The position numbers were made by a program, and so were the translations under genes. The notes under the pieces were generated by a model. It was not told where the DNA came from, searched no databases, and saw nothing but the letters and a program-made list of their open reading frames with translations. From NCBI GenBank assembly GCA_003211955.1, contig QCRH01000001.1, positions 10,092-74,091 of the forward strand: DNA of 64,000 nt, written 5' to 3'. Positions 9,965 through 22,344 of this stretch are shown here, piece by piece. Each line of letters starts with the position of its first letter. Position 1 is the first letter of the stretch. Source of the DNA: Prochlorococcus sp. AG-459-O09 (GTDB lineage: Bacteria; Cyanobacteriota; Cyanobacteriia; PCC-6307; Cyanobiaceae).

Positions 9965-11185
9965 TCAACAATTTTTTTTAAAGTTTGATCTCTTACTAGC
10001 AAGTTCAATAAACCAACTTATGTATTCTTTTGGACCATTTTTAAAAACTAAGTCAAACTTTAAGTTGTCATAAACATCACTTATCCCTGTTAAACCAGTT
10101 TTTTTTGTAGAGGGTCTTTCAACTTCTCCAGAACTACTATCTACAAAAATTATATTATTCTTAATCCCAAATTCATTACCTAATATTTGTATTAGTTCTA
10201 GAAAAGACCTGTCACTTCCTCCTCTTAAATAACTTTCTTCATCATTATTTTTTTTTGATGTGACTGTGTCACCAACTCCTACAATTAAAGGCATATCTTC
10301 TTTTTGAATAGTTCTTTTGCACAAATCAATTTTTTCCGCAACAGAATTTGGAGAGTTTCTAAAGTTAAAATTTCTTCCAAAAGGAGCTTTACCAGTTTTA
10401 TCTGCAATAAATTTATTTAAAAGAAATAAAACTCCAGAATCTTTAACTGCTCCTTTAATAAGTAATTGTATGTCTGTTGATCCGATATCATCTTGAGAAG
10501 AAAGTTTAATTGTTTCTCTACCATTTTTATTTCCTAAATTTGGTGAGATATGAAGGAAAAATGAGTTTTTGAGGCCATCGGATTCACTTTTTAAGATGAT
10601 TTCATTCATCATCTTTTCAAAACTAATTTGAATAAGCTTTCTTTTATCAGAATCTTTTTGTACTAAATCAAATAGACTATTGAAATTAATCGTTGGCGAG
10701 AAGCGTGTTTCACAGATTGATTTTACCGCGTGAAAATTGATATCTTCTTGGCTAAGTTCAGGAAAAATATTCTTAACTATGAAATTAAATTTTGGTCTTA
10801 TTAAACTAGGTACTTTTGATAAAAAATTTAGTTCTTTTTCTGACACTCCTTCAAAACTTATTTCACCATTGTTGTCTTGATACTCTACTCCACAGGCAGC
10901 TAAACCTCTTAAATATAGCGCTTTGTTTTTAGGCTCAGTAGTGCTCCCTAAACTCCTTTCTATTATTCTGTTAACTCCTCTTGGACCTTCATGTTCCCCG
11001 CAAGTTAACACAAAGAATTCTTCGGCAAATTCTTTTACTGCATAAATATATTTTGATTCTAACTCTCTTGTCATTGGATCTTTTACTAGAGGGATACATA
11101 CTCCGTCAATGTCTTGAATAAATAAGATATTATTAGAGGAAATTAATTGTTTTTGTACTTCTAAATTACTTGCCATATATTGCAT
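9965..11185 (-). CDS. stpA: Glucosylglycerol-phosphate phosphatase (HAD family, StpA/GgpP)
   Basis: QDIDGVCIPLVKDP, LTCGEHEG, GVGDTVTS, RGGSDR. Confidence 0.85.
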   Translation of the reverse strand: MQYMASNLEVQKQLISSNNILFIQDIDGVCIPLVKDPMTRELESKYIYAVKEFAEEFFVLTCGEHEGPRGVNRIIERSLGSTTEPKNKALYLRGLAACGVEYQDNNGEISFEGVSEKELNFLSKVPSLIRPKFNFIVKNIFPELSQEDINFHAVKSICETRFSPTINFNSLFDLVQKDSDKRKLIQISFEKMMNEIILKSESDGLKNSFFLHISPNLGNKNGRETIKLSSQDDIGSTDIQLLIKGAVKDSGVLFLLNKFIADKTGKAPFGRNFNFRNSPNSVAEKIDLCKRTIQKEDMPLIVGVGDTVTSKKNNDEESYLRGGSDRSFLELIQILGNEFGIKNNIIFVDSSSGEVERPSTKKTGLTGISDVYDNLKFDLVFKNGPKEYISWFIELASKRSNFKKNC

Positions 11186-11346
11186 ATTTATGATAATTTC
11201 TCATTTTATTAATTTCATTTTAGGAAATTATAAATTAAAAAATTCAATATTTACAATAAATAATTTGCTATGGTCAAAAATTGCTCTAATGTAGAAAAAT
11301 GTTGTTAGGGGTAAGAAATTAAAAAAATTAACAAGAATTTCCAAAA

Positions 11347-12855
11347 ATGAAGAATAATTTCATAGAAAACATAAATGATGAAAAATATTTTTATTCATTG
11401 ATTGAAGATATAGAGAACAGCAAAGTTGGATTCTACAGTGTTGGTTTATATCCTGCATCATTAGCATACAACTGTGCTATGCATGGAAAATCAAATAATA
11501 TTCTCTTAGCTCCTAGGAAAGATAGAGATTTGTTAGGTGCTTTCTCAAATGATGTTCTTTCTGATATGGATAATGAGATTCTTGAAAAGATTAAGAGAAT
11601 GGGACATTATTCTGCAGAGGGGAAACGAAAGTCCTTTGATCTAAAAGATCTTCTCTTGGAATGTAAGATCGTTATTCTTGCTTCAAACAGTAATCACATA
11701 AAAGATGATGTTAAACATGCTTTAGAACTCAGAAAAACTTTAAAAAGAGAAAATGTCGTTCTTGGCTGTCTTGTCGGTTCTTTTTGCGTTGATAATAAAA
11801 GTAAAAATCCTTTTATTCTCTGTAATAAATATCCAAATTTAGCTTTTTTTACGGGATTTCATCGGCACGGAGCTTTACGAAATCCTAAAGATAGTTTTAC
11901 TGCAAATTTCTGCCATCCTGATGCCCTAACTGCTTTAATAGGAGCTCGCATTTTGAATCAATTGTCCCCGAAAATACAAGTTTCCCCTGGAGTTCATAAT
12001 ATTGAATGTCAATATATAAAATCAATAAAAAATATCTCATCCATATTTGCAGGCTTTGTAAATAACTTTCATTCCGATAAGCCAGGAATGCTACCCAGCA
12101 TTAATACGATTTTGTTAACTCAATGTTTAGATCAGGCCGCATCAGTATCATTACAAGTTAGAAAAGAAAATAAATTAGAAAATAAATATCTTTCATTAAA
12201 AGAACTTGGTTATGGTGAAGAAATAATTAGTGCAAAGGAAATAATTAATGATAAATCTTGTGAAAAAGGAGATTATACTTTTTCTCAATTAAATGCTGTT
12301 AAGGCTGATGTCTTAGGGAGTATGACTCTACCAACTGAAGGAAAACCAACACGGAATTTTCAAGCAGGACAAGTTTTATCAGATATGCTTTTGCAACTCA
12401 ATAGATGTCCAAAAGATGTCTCAGAATTTGTAAATTGGTGTAATAAATACTCTCTCAGTCAAGGAGGTTTAGAAGGTCTAAAATCTTTAAAATTTTGGCC
12501 AGATATTTATAAAGAATTTAAAATCAAAAATAATAATTGTTCAATGATTAATCTTATTTATTTATGCTTTAATGCTAATTCAGAAGAAAAAAAAGAAATT
12601 TATAAGGTTTTAATTAGTTCAGAAGAGATCACTAATTTTTGCCAAGAATCTGTTAAACCTGAATTATCTTTAGAACTAAATGAAAAATTAAAAGGAGATT
12701 ATCTTTTTAATAATATTGAAAAACTTTACAAGAAATTATTTATTAACAAAGAGGAAAATGATATTAAAAAAAAAGAAAGTAGTAATCAAATTTCTAAAAA
12801 ATATCCAAGCTATATTAAAGTATTGAAAATTATCAATAATTATTTTCATAATTGA
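11347..12855 (+). CDS. Conserved hypothetical protein, distantly GpsA (NAD(P)H glycerol-3-phosphate dehydrogenase)-like
   Basis: 502-aa ORF; KSIKNISSIFAG, ADVLGS..TRNFQAG and LEGLKS resemble the GpsA C-terminal motifs. Confidence 0.6.
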   Translation: MKNNFIENINDEKYFYSLIEDIENSKVGFYSVGLYPASLAYNCAMHGKSNNILLAPRKDRDLLGAFSNDVLSDMDNEILEKIKRMGHYSAEGKRKSFDLKDLLLECKIVILASNSNHIKDDVKHALELRKTLKRENVVLGCLVGSFCVDNKSKNPFILCNKYPNLAFFTGFHRHGALRNPKDSFTANFCHPDALTALIGARILNQLSPKIQVSPGVHNIECQYIKSIKNISSIFAGFVNNFHSDKPGMLPSINTILLTQCLDQAASVSLQVRKENKLENKYLSLKELGYGEEIISAKEIINDKSCEKGDYTFSQLNAVKADVLGSMTLPTEGKPTRNFQAGQVLSDMLLQLNRCPKDVSEFVNWCNKYSLSQGGLEGLKSLKFWPDIYKEFKIKNNNCSMINLIYLCFNANSEEKKEIYKVLISSEEITNFCQESVKPELSLELNEKLKGDYLFNNIEKLYKKLFINKEENDIKKKESSNQISKKYPSYIKVLKIINNYFHN

Positions 12856-12947
12856 TTACTTATTTAATTTACTAAAAAGCTAAGTTCTTCATTTATTTAC
12901 TAATCTTGATTGCGGGGGTAGAATTATTATGGTTTTAAAAGGTTTTT

Positions 12948-13607
12948 TTGAAAAAGGAATTATCACATCGTTCTCATGAACTGAAATCTCTTGGCTGGAA
13001 TCAAGAAGATTTAACAAGATACGAAGATTTATGGGACTACAGTCAAAGATGGGGATTAATAAATTTAGAAAGAGAAGACAGACAGTTTTTAAAGAAAGCA
13101 GAAAAGTTACTCCCAAAGATCCAAAATAAAAAGATATCAGTTAAAAAAAGTATTGAAGAAAAATCATATTATTTATGGTTAAATTTCTACCTCGATGAGA
13201 TTAATATTTTTAGTAATTCTAATCTTCCAAAAAATAAACATGGTGTTTGGACACTCTTAATTGAAGAGGAAATAAAACTTCTTAAGGAATTACAACCAGT
13301 CATGGGTCTTCCAGATACTTTAAAAGCCAAAAATCTATTTGAAAATAGAAAGGAGCTCATAAATAAAGCTTTTAGCGAATTTGAAGCTAAAAACAGTGAT
13401 AAGGTTTTCAATTTTGATGATGTTCTAAACAACTCTGAAAAAAATATAAGTAAGAATTGGAAATCAATTATTGAAAAAGATCCTGAAGCTAATAAAACTT
13501 TTCCAATAATAGATTCTGCAAATATTGAGAAACTCAGATCTGCGATAAAAGAGGATTTGAGTTTATATATGAAAGATAATTACCCTTCATTAAAAAAGGA
13601 TTTATAA
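12948..13607 (+). CDS. Conserved hypothetical protein
   Basis: 219-aa ORF (LWDYSQRWGLINLEREDR). Confidence 0.7.
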   Translation: MKKELSHRSHELKSLGWNQEDLTRYEDLWDYSQRWGLINLEREDRQFLKKAEKLLPKIQNKKISVKKSIEEKSYYLWLNFYLDEINIFSNSNLPKNKHGVWTLLIEEEIKLLKELQPVMGLPDTLKAKNLFENRKELINKAFSEFEAKNSDKVFNFDDVLNNSEKNISKNWKSIIEKDPEANKTFPIIDSANIEKLRSAIKEDLSLYMKDNYPSLKKDL

Positions 13608-13672
13608 ATATTTATCTATTTTTTGTTTTTTTTTGGGACTTTTTTAAGTTAAATAGATAATAGGATTATTAA

Positions 13673-15007
<1,335 letters not shown>

Positions 15008-15020
15008 GGAAAGAGATTTA

Positions 15021-15911
15021 TTGGCTTTAATAATACCTAGTAACTATCACAAGATTAGTGATGTTGAGAAAAATCATATATCTTGGATCGAACCAGAATT
15101 GGCAAAAAGACAGGATATACGCCCTCTTAGGATTGGTATTTTGAATATCATGCCTCTTGGCAAGCAGTATGAATTTAACTTACTACATCCACTTGGTTTA
15201 TCTCCTCTTCAAATAGAGCCAGTTTGGATAAAGCTTAAAACTCACTCTTATAAAACATGGGATCTTAATCATCTAAATAATCTATATATAACTTGGGAAG
15301 AAGCAAATAATCCAGAATCGTTAGATGGAATCATTATTACTGGAGCACCTATTGAGCACTTAGCCTTTGAGGATGTTAAGTATTGGGATGAATTTGTTAA
15401 AATTGTAAATGAAGCTAGAACTTCTTGTGCGAGTACTCTTGGATTATGTTGGGCTGGATTTGCGCTGGCTTATCTGGCAGGGGTCGATAAGAAAGTTTTT
15501 GATAGGAAACTATTTGGGGTATTCCCTTTAAAAAGTCTTGTTCCTGGCCATCCTTTGATGGGTACGCAAGATGATGAATTTATTTGTCCTCAAAGTAGAT
15601 TTGCAGGATTACCAGATTTGGAGATGGAGCGGGCTCAAAAAGAAGGGAAATTGAATTTGCTGGCTTATGGAGAAAACGTCGGATATACAATATTTGAATC
15701 TAATGATCAAAAACAACTTATGCATTTAGGTCATCCTGAATATACGGTGCATAGAATTATTAGTGAAATTGAAAGAGACAAAGAAAAGGGAGATGTTCCT
15801 CCTCCTAAAAATTTTGATCTAAATAGTTCAAAAACTGCTTGGAGATCTCATAGGAATTTGCTTTTTCAGCAATGGCTTTGGTTTTGTTATCAGCAAGTTA
15901 GTCTTAATTAA
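15021..15911 (+). CDS. metA: Homoserine O-acyltransferase
   Basis: QDIRPLRIGILNIMP, ITGAPIE, GLCWAG, GHPEY. Confidence 0.92.
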   Translation: MALIIPSNYHKISDVEKNHISWIEPELAKRQDIRPLRIGILNIMPLGKQYEFNLLHPLGLSPLQIEPVWIKLKTHSYKTWDLNHLNNLYITWEEANNPESLDGIIITGAPIEHLAFEDVKYWDEFVKIVNEARTSCASTLGLCWAGFALAYLAGVDKKVFDRKLFGVFPLKSLVPGHPLMGTQDDEFICPQSRFAGLPDLEMERAQKEGKLNLLAYGENVGYTIFESNDQKQLMHLGHPEYTVHRIISEIERDKEKGDVPPPKNFDLNSSKTAWRSHRNLLFQQWLWFCYQQVSLN

Positions 15912-15916
15912 CTTTT

Positions 15917-17482
15917 TTAATGAGCACTTTCAATACCGCCTAGTCTCTCAAATAAGTTAAGACTTTCTTTATTTAACCCTACAATTTCAACTTTAGAACC
16001 CCCATTCTGGAATTTTCTAATAATTTGCTCAACAGCAACAACACCACTTTGATCCCAAATATGAGCTAAAGACATATCAATTACAATATTTTCTGGATGT
16101 TCATGAATATCAAATCCTTGTAAAAAATAAATTTTACTTACAAAAAATAATTGTCCTTTTACTTTGTAGGTAGTCAAATTATTTTCTTTAGCTCTTGAGA
16201 CAGATATAACTTTTGCCACTTTTCTGCTGAAAAGAATTGCAGCTAATGCAACTCCTGCAATAACTCCAAGTGCAAGATTATGAGGTTTTGTAAGCATAGT
16301 AACTGCAAAAGTCATAAGCATGACTGCCGTATCGCTTTTAGGTATCTTTCTAATATTTTTTAATCCATTTAAATCTGCCGTACTTATTGCGATTGTTATC
16401 ATGATTGCAACTAAAGCAGCCATTGGTATTGCTCCAATCCAAGATTTCAAGAGGATGATCATAATTAGAAGAGATATACCTGAGGAGAGGGTTGATAATC
16501 TAGATTTGCCACCATTCTCAGTATTCATTACAGATTGCCCAACTAGGGCACACCCTGCCATTCCACCAAATAAGGATGCCACAATATTTGCGATTCCCTG
16601 TCCTCTTGCTTCTTTATTTTTATTAGAACTTGTATCAGTTACATCGTCTAAAATGTCTTGAGTTAAAAATGTTTCCATTAAGCCCACGAGAGATATTGCA
16701 AGTGAGGTCGGTAAAATTATCCCTAATGTTTCAAGACTAAAAGGTACTTTCCCATTCTCTATTGATCCAAAAGGAAGAGAAATACTTGGTAATCCATCAG
16801 GTAATTTACCCAAATCGCTAACTGTTGGGATATCTAGATTAAAGAATATGCTTATAAGAGTAATTACTACTATTGCGATAAGTTGAGATGGAACTACTTT
16901 TGTGATTTTCGGAAGCCCATAGATAATTACTAATCCTAGGGTTACAAGGATCCAAACTACTGGAATCTGGGAGTTAACTGGATATTGACTTAAAGTTTTT
17001 TCAACTACTTCTTTTGATTCTTTAATACCAATTCCTAGTTGAGGGAGTTGTGCTTGAAATATTAAAAGTGCCAGTGCATTTACAAATCCACTTAATACCC
17101 CTGTTGGTACGAATCGCATTTGGTATGCAAGTCTTAAATATCCCCAAAGAATTTGTAAAATTCCAGATAATATTCCAGCTGCAATAAGATATGGGACTCC
17201 TAATCCAGGGGCTTGTGATTCTCCATAGGCAACAAGTCCAGTCATCAAAAGAGCTGTTGAACCTGTGGCAGAAGTGATCATACCCCTTCTCCCTCCAACA
17301 ATCGCAATTGTCATAGATAAGCAAAATGCACCAAAAAGGCCAACTTTAGGATCTACACCAGCTATACCTGAAAAAGCAATTGCTTCTGGGATCATTGCAA
17401 AAGCAACAACTAAGCCAGAGAGAATATTTGACTTTGGATCATCTAACCAATTTTTAGATAAATATCTTGAGAAATTTGACAT
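15917..17482 (-). CDS. SulP-family anion transporter with STAS domain
   Basis: IPEAIAFS, GMAGCALVGQS, GQLFF...WDQSG. Confidence 0.88.
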   Translation of the reverse strand: MSNFSRYLSKNWLDDPKSNILSGLVVAFAMIPEAIAFSGIAGVDPKVGLFGAFCLSMTIAIVGGRRGMITSATGSTALLMTGLVAYGESQAPGLGVPYLIAAGILSGILQILWGYLRLAYQMRFVPTGVLSGFVNALALLIFQAQLPQLGIGIKESKEVVEKTLSQYPVNSQIPVVWILVTLGLVIIYGLPKITKVVPSQLIAIVVITLISIFFNLDIPTVSDLGKLPDGLPSISLPFGSIENGKVPFSLETLGIILPTSLAISLVGLMETFLTQDILDDVTDTSSNKNKEARGQGIANIVASLFGGMAGCALVGQSVMNTENGGKSRLSTLSSGISLLIMIILLKSWIGAIPMAALVAIMITIAISTADLNGLKNIRKIPKSDTAVMLMTFAVTMLTKPHNLALGVIAGVALAAILFSRKVAKVISVSRAKENNLTTYKVKGQLFFVSKIYFLQGFDIHEHPENIVIDMSLAHIWDQSGVVAVEQIIRKFQNGGSKVEIVGLNKESLNLFERLGGIESAH

Positions 17483-17512
17483 TTTCAGTTTTTTTATAAT
17501 TAAGAAGTTACC

Positions 17513-18790
17513 TCATAAAGGAGGCAAAATACCTTGTGGGTCAAAAATATTCTTTAAAGTTTTTAATTCATTCATTCTACTTCCAAAGGCTAATGTAATT
17601 TCTTCCTCATGAGAATCCAAATGATTGTGCAGTTGGGCTAAGTGAATATTTGGATAAAACCGTTTTAGCTTGCTCCACGATTTATAAATCCATTCCAAAG
17701 CAACTTTTTTTTCTTGAAGATCATTTTTTTTCCATGATGCATATATCCATGGTTTCCAAGTACTTTTTCTATGAACAAAAAAGCTTGAGCCATGATTTAA
17801 CTTTTTAGTTTCGCAACCTAATTGTTGAGAAGCAACATAACAGGAATTATTCGGTTTATTGTCCATTATTTCATCCAAACATTTTAGGAAAATTGGGATA
17901 TTATTTTTTAAATCTTCTCCAAGAAGACTAATTACCTCAGAATGGTTATTTGCATTTAGCTCATATAAATTCAATTCCTTTGGGAAGAAATTTATTTTGT
18001 TAAAATACTCATAAAATTGTTTTTCTAGAGTAGGAAATTTGTCCAGAGGCATTAAGTATTCTTTTGTTCTTTTATCCTCTAAATTATTTTTCAGTTCAGC
18101 AAAAATATATATGTAAATTTTTTGGGCATAAATCCATTGAAGACTTATATTTTCTGGAAATTCCTCTGATAGTTTTATTATTTCTGAAAGTTCATTTAGA
18201 TTTACAAATCCTTCAATAACTTTAATTGGATTAGATTGGAAAGTCTTAAGTTCTATTTCGGTAATAATTGAGAAGAAGGGTGCTGCGCCTTTAATTGCTT
18301 CCCAAATCAATTGTTCTTCTGGATTTATTTGATTATTTTTTAAAGAGATAAAGGTGCCATTACCCAAGAAACCTTTTATTGATTCAATATTATCAATGGC
18401 TAATCCGTAGGCTCTACTTAGCGGGCTTACTCCACCAGTAAGTATATAACCTGCTCCAGGAAGTTTAGAAAGTCCGATTGGAAAACTTCGATTATGTTTT
18501 TGTAAATGATTTACTAAATCCCCCATTATTACTCCCCCTCCAATTGTTACTAAATTAGTTTTTCTATCTAGGTGAATTTTGCTGTGATTTTTTCTTAGAT
18601 CAAGAGTTGTAAAACCATTTTTTGCACAGCTAGAGGTTGTACCCCCACTACATACGCAAAGATGCTCGAATTTTTCCCTAGAGTAGTTAACCCCATTAAA
18701 TAAGGAATTATCCACGTCATAAATTAATTTCTTTAATATTGCATCCTTTGAGTTAATATTAGGAACTTCAAGCAAGTTATTATTTTTCAC
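17513..18790 (-). CDS. FAD-binding oxidoreductase (VAO/BBE-like)
   Basis: VCSGGT, GYILTGGVSPLSRAYGLAIDNI, LKNIFDP. Confidence 0.8.
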   Translation of the reverse strand: MKNNNLLEVPNINSKDAILKKLIYDVDNSLFNGVNYSREKFEHLCVCSGGTTSSCAKNGFTTLDLRKNHSKIHLDRKTNLVTIGGGVIMGDLVNHLQKHNRSFPIGLSKLPGAGYILTGGVSPLSRAYGLAIDNIESIKGFLGNGTFISLKNNQINPEEQLIWEAIKGAAPFFSIITEIELKTFQSNPIKVIEGFVNLNELSEIIKLSEEFPENISLQWIYAQKIYIYIFAELKNNLEDKRTKEYLMPLDKFPTLEKQFYEYFNKINFFPKELNLYELNANNHSEVISLLGEDLKNNIPIFLKCLDEIMDNKPNNSCYVASQQLGCETKKLNHGSSFFVHRKSTWKPWIYASWKKNDLQEKKVALEWIYKSWSKLKRFYPNIHLAQLHNHLDSHEEEITLAFGSRMNELKTLKNIFDPQGILPPL

Positions 18791-18831
18791 TACATGATAT
18801 TGTTCTTTACTATTATGGTATAAGTAATAAT

Positions 18832-19953
18832 TTGAATTTGGATAATTTAGATTCGAAGTTAAATAATCAAGTCGCGATACTTATCTGTGGACATGGGAGT
18901 AGAAACAAATTAGCCATTACTGAATTTCAAGAGTTAACTAAGTTCATCCAAAAAAGATATCCAAACTTTTTAGTTGAATATGGTTTCTTAGAATTCGCTA
19001 AACCTTCAATTGTAGATGCTCTAGACAAATTAAAAGATCTTTCTATAAAAAAAGTAATTGCAATACCTGCAATGCTTTTCGCTGCAGGCCATGTAAAAAA
19101 TGATATACCTAGCTTGCTTATGAATTATTCAAGTAAAACAGGAATTGAAATAATTTATGGAAGAGAATTAGGTATTAATAATTTAATGATTAGTGCGGCT
19201 TGTGAAAGAGTAAAAGATGTATTTAAACAAAATAATACTCTCAAGCCTGAAGAATCATTATTAGTTGTTGTTGGTAGAGGCTCTTCTGACCCAGATGCGA
19301 ACTCCAATGTTTCAAAAATTACGAGAATGATCGTTGAGGGTATTGGTTTAGGGTGGGGAGAAACAGTTTTTTCTGGAGTAACCTTCCCTCTTGTGGAACC
19401 TGGCTTGAAAAATGTTGTGAGACTTGGTTATAGAAATATAATTATTTTCCCTTATTTCCTTTTCTCAGGTGTCCTTGTCACAAGAATAAAAAGGCAAAGT
19501 GATTTAGTAGCGATTAATAATCCAAATATTTCATTTATACATGCAAAATATCTTTCGTCACATTCTTATGTAGTCGACACTTTTGTAGAAAGGGTTGAAG
19601 AGATTCTTAATAACGAAGGTAATAATTTCATGAATTGCTCAAATTGTAAATATAGATCAAATTTGTTTGGCTTTGAAAAAGAAGTTGGAATGGCACAAGA
19701 AAGTCATCATGACCATGTGGAGGGCTTGGGTATTAGCTGTGATTTATGTGATCCTGAATGTAATGGTGCATGTGAAATGCAAAATCAAATCCCAACTCAT
19801 AACCAAGAAAAATTGTACTCAGGAGGTGATTACTTAGAACATGAACATGTAGAGGCTCATCAACATGAACATAATCACCATCACCATATTATTTATCCAA
19901 ATTCAAAACACCCTTTAGGACCTGTCACGCTTCGCTTGCCGAATAAAGACTAA
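18832..19953 (+). CDS. cbiX: Sirohydrochlorin cobaltochelatase with His-rich tail
   Basis: CGHGSR, GFLEFAKP, AGHVKNDIP, GRGSSDPDAN, MNCSNCKYR, His-rich C-terminus. Confidence 0.9.
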   Translation: MNLDNLDSKLNNQVAILICGHGSRNKLAITEFQELTKFIQKRYPNFLVEYGFLEFAKPSIVDALDKLKDLSIKKVIAIPAMLFAAGHVKNDIPSLLMNYSSKTGIEIIYGRELGINNLMISAACERVKDVFKQNNTLKPEESLLVVVGRGSSDPDANSNVSKITRMIVEGIGLGWGETVFSGVTFPLVEPGLKNVVRLGYRNIIIFPYFLFSGVLVTRIKRQSDLVAINNPNISFIHAKYLSSHSYVVDTFVERVEEILNNEGNNFMNCSNCKYRSNLFGFEKEVGMAQESHHDHVEGLGISCDLCDPECNGACEMQNQIPTHNQEKLYSGGDYLEHEHVEAHQHEHNHHHHIIYPNSKHPLGPVTLRLPNKD

Positions 19954-20336
19954 ATCTTAAGAAAACCCGTTGAAAATCAATTAATCATCTGTCTCTTTCT
20001 CGACTTAGTCTTAATAGACTCAGTATATATAAGTATTCTTAATATAAAATCTTGAAAGTATTTTGAGCTAGATTTTCCACAATTTACGGATTGTTTTCCA
20101 CGTCCAAATCCACATAGGATTAGAAATGCCAGTATTTTTCAAAAAAAACAGGACTTCAACATTATTGTTGACTTTTCTTTAAGATCTATTCAATTTTCTT
20201 ATTTGAAAAAGAAGTTTTTTAAAAACCTACTTATAACATGAGTCTCATTTGATAATTTGAAAAGTTTTCTAGCAGATAATTTTTTGATTTTTTTAGAAAA
20301 AAATATCATTATGGTTATGCAGAAAAATATAAATTT

Positions 20337-20594
20337 ATGGATCAAATCAGCCAAACAAATTTAACTGATAAGAAATTTGTCGAATGCTCTTCAAAGAAAG
20401 TCTCTTTAGAAACAGAGCTTTCAGAGACTCTTTATAATACTATGAAAGATTTCGTATTAAGTAACCCAACATGGGATCAATATAAGCTTATAAATTCAGC
20501 ATTAGCTACTTTTCTCGTTCAAAACGGCTGTACAGATAATTCTGTCTCAGAAATTTATTTAAATCAATTATTCACACCTTCTAAGTCTTTTTAA
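20337..20594 (+). CDS. Small conserved protein (DUF2811-like)
   Basis: SLETELSETLYNTMKDFV..PTWDQYKLINSALATFLVQNG. Confidence 0.65.
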   Translation: MDQISQTNLTDKKFVECSSKKVSLETELSETLYNTMKDFVLSNPTWDQYKLINSALATFLVQNGCTDNSVSEIYLNQLFTPSKSF

Positions 20595-22221
20595 TATTTA
20601 AACAGGCTCTCCTACTTAAGGCCATCATTGTAAGTGTGGGGCTTTGCCAAGATGATGTGGGCCAGCATGCTCCATCTAGTACAAGTACATTCTTGCATCT
20701 CCATAATCTATTAAATTTATCAACTACGCTATTTTCTTCATTTAACCCCATTGGTGCTCCACCTACTTCATGAATGTAATATCCAGGAGGAGGAGGACTA
20801 TTTGAAAATGCGATCAAATTTTTTGTAAATAAACTCTCTAATGGAATATTGATTAGTTCATTAATATTTTTTATTTCTCCATTTGCAGCTGTAATTGAAT
20901 TTCGTATTGTGTTTTCCATATGTTTAGCCATGTTTAACTCATTTTCGCTCCATTCGAATTCAATGAAGGGAATTGGGATACCCCATTCATCTGTTTTTCT
21001 TGAAAGAGAAACTGAGTTCTTCTCTCTAGGAAGGACTTCGCCGTGGGCGATAAGAAAGCCGATGGATGTAGTTGTGTCTTTTTGCAAAAATTTAGGTATC
21101 CCTAATCGATCAATTGCTCCCCAGATTCCATAACCTCTATGGAAATTTATGTCGTCAATTTTTGGTAAATTTGAACCGAATGGAATAAAGAAGCTGCCTG
21201 CTCCAGAAAGATCGGGAGGATTATCTAATGGTTTTCCTGAGTTTTTTGTTTTTGGGACTGAAAAAAATCTACAGATAGATATATGGTCCATAAGGTATTT
21301 ACCTAATTTCCCAGAATTATCTTTAAAACCTGAGGAATTTGATTTATATTCTGAGTTTAATAGTATTCTGAGTGTTGAAATTGTTGATGCACAAAGAAGG
21401 ATTAAATCACAATTCAATTCTTTTTTGCATCCATTTTCTAAGTTTACGATCGTTAGTTTTGATGCAAGCTCTGTTATCTTATTAATCTCAAAAGATTCCA
21501 CTAGGTGATTTGAAATTATTTGAACATTCCCAGTATCTAAAGCTTTTTTCAAAGTGCTACCTATACTAGAAGATTTGGGCCATTTTTTATCTTTTACTGA
21601 TGAATTACGGTCAAATCCTCTTGATTGTATAAATGGGTAGTTTAATTTTGATTTAACTTTGCTGCCGAAAATATTTTCGTTTTCTGTAAGAGGTATTTCA
21701 CCAATATATTTACCGTTTGGGACTTCTTTAATGTCATCTTTTCGTCCATAGATGCCACAGAAATTTTCAATGAAATCATAGTGAGGGGAAAGTTCATCGT
21801 ATGAAATAGGCCAGTTTGGTCCGAATCCGTCGTTTTTAGCCGGATGAAAATCTCCTGAGGAAAGTCTTAATGTTATGCCTCCCCACGTTAATGATCTCCC
21901 CCCATATTGTTTACCTTGGGTCCAAAGAAATGGCTTTTTTTTTGGGAAGTCATAAGGATGCTTCAATTCATTTGAATATAAGTCAGGATTATTTTTCCAA
22001 TAACCAGGATGTTGGAATTGATTGGCATGTTTTTTTGTTAAAACTCCTGATAATCTTTTTAATGTACTTTTAGGCTCATAATTACTAGCTTCATGCCTTT
22101 TAACTTGAGGCCCTGCTTCTATAACTAAAACTTTTACCCCCTGTTCTGCCAATGTAAGTGCTGCTATTCCTCCTGTAGCTCCAGAACCAACAACAATTGC
22201 ATCATAAGGACTTATATCCAA
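20581..22221 (-). CDS. GMC-family oxidoreductase
   Basis: VGSGATGG, GGRSLTWG, HEVGGAPMG, PTLTMMAL. Confidence 0.88.
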   Translation of the reverse strand: MDISPYDAIVVGSGATGGIAALTLAEQGVKVLVIEAGPQVKRHEASNYEPKSTLKRLSGVLTKKHANQFQHPGYWKNNPDLYSNELKHPYDFPKKKPFLWTQGKQYGGRSLTWGGITLRLSSGDFHPAKNDGFGPNWPISYDELSPHYDFIENFCGIYGRKDDIKEVPNGKYIGEIPLTENENIFGSKVKSKLNYPFIQSRGFDRNSSVKDKKWPKSSSIGSTLKKALDTGNVQIISNHLVESFEINKITELASKLTIVNLENGCKKELNCDLILLCASTISTLRILLNSEYKSNSSGFKDNSGKLGKYLMDHISICRFFSVPKTKNSGKPLDNPPDLSGAGSFFIPFGSNLPKIDDINFHRGYGIWGAIDRLGIPKFLQKDTTTSIGFLIAHGEVLPREKNSVSLSRKTDEWGIPIPFIEFEWSENELNMAKHMENTIRNSITAANGEIKNINELINIPLESLFTKNLIAFSNSPPPPGYYIHEVGGAPMGLNEENSVVDKFNRLWRCKNVLVLDGACWPTSSWQSPTLTMMALSRRACLNIKKT

Positions 22222-22243
22222 AACCTTGATCGTGTTTTGCTAT

Positions 22244-22286
22244 TTCAATAAATATAGCATTCAATAAATATAGCATTCAGTAAATA
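22244..22286. repeat. 16-bp tandem repeat (2 full copies plus a partial) in a divergent promoter region
   Basis: TTCAATAAATATAGCA x2 followed by TTCAGTAAATA. Confidence 0.75.
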
Positions 22287-22344
22287 ATTAATTTTTAGAT
22301 TTCAGCTTAAGAAGTTAGAATTTATTGAAATACTCTTCAAACAA

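Noticed and set aside
19700-19900. His-rich low-complexity segment
   Set aside because: Known feature of long-form CbiX.
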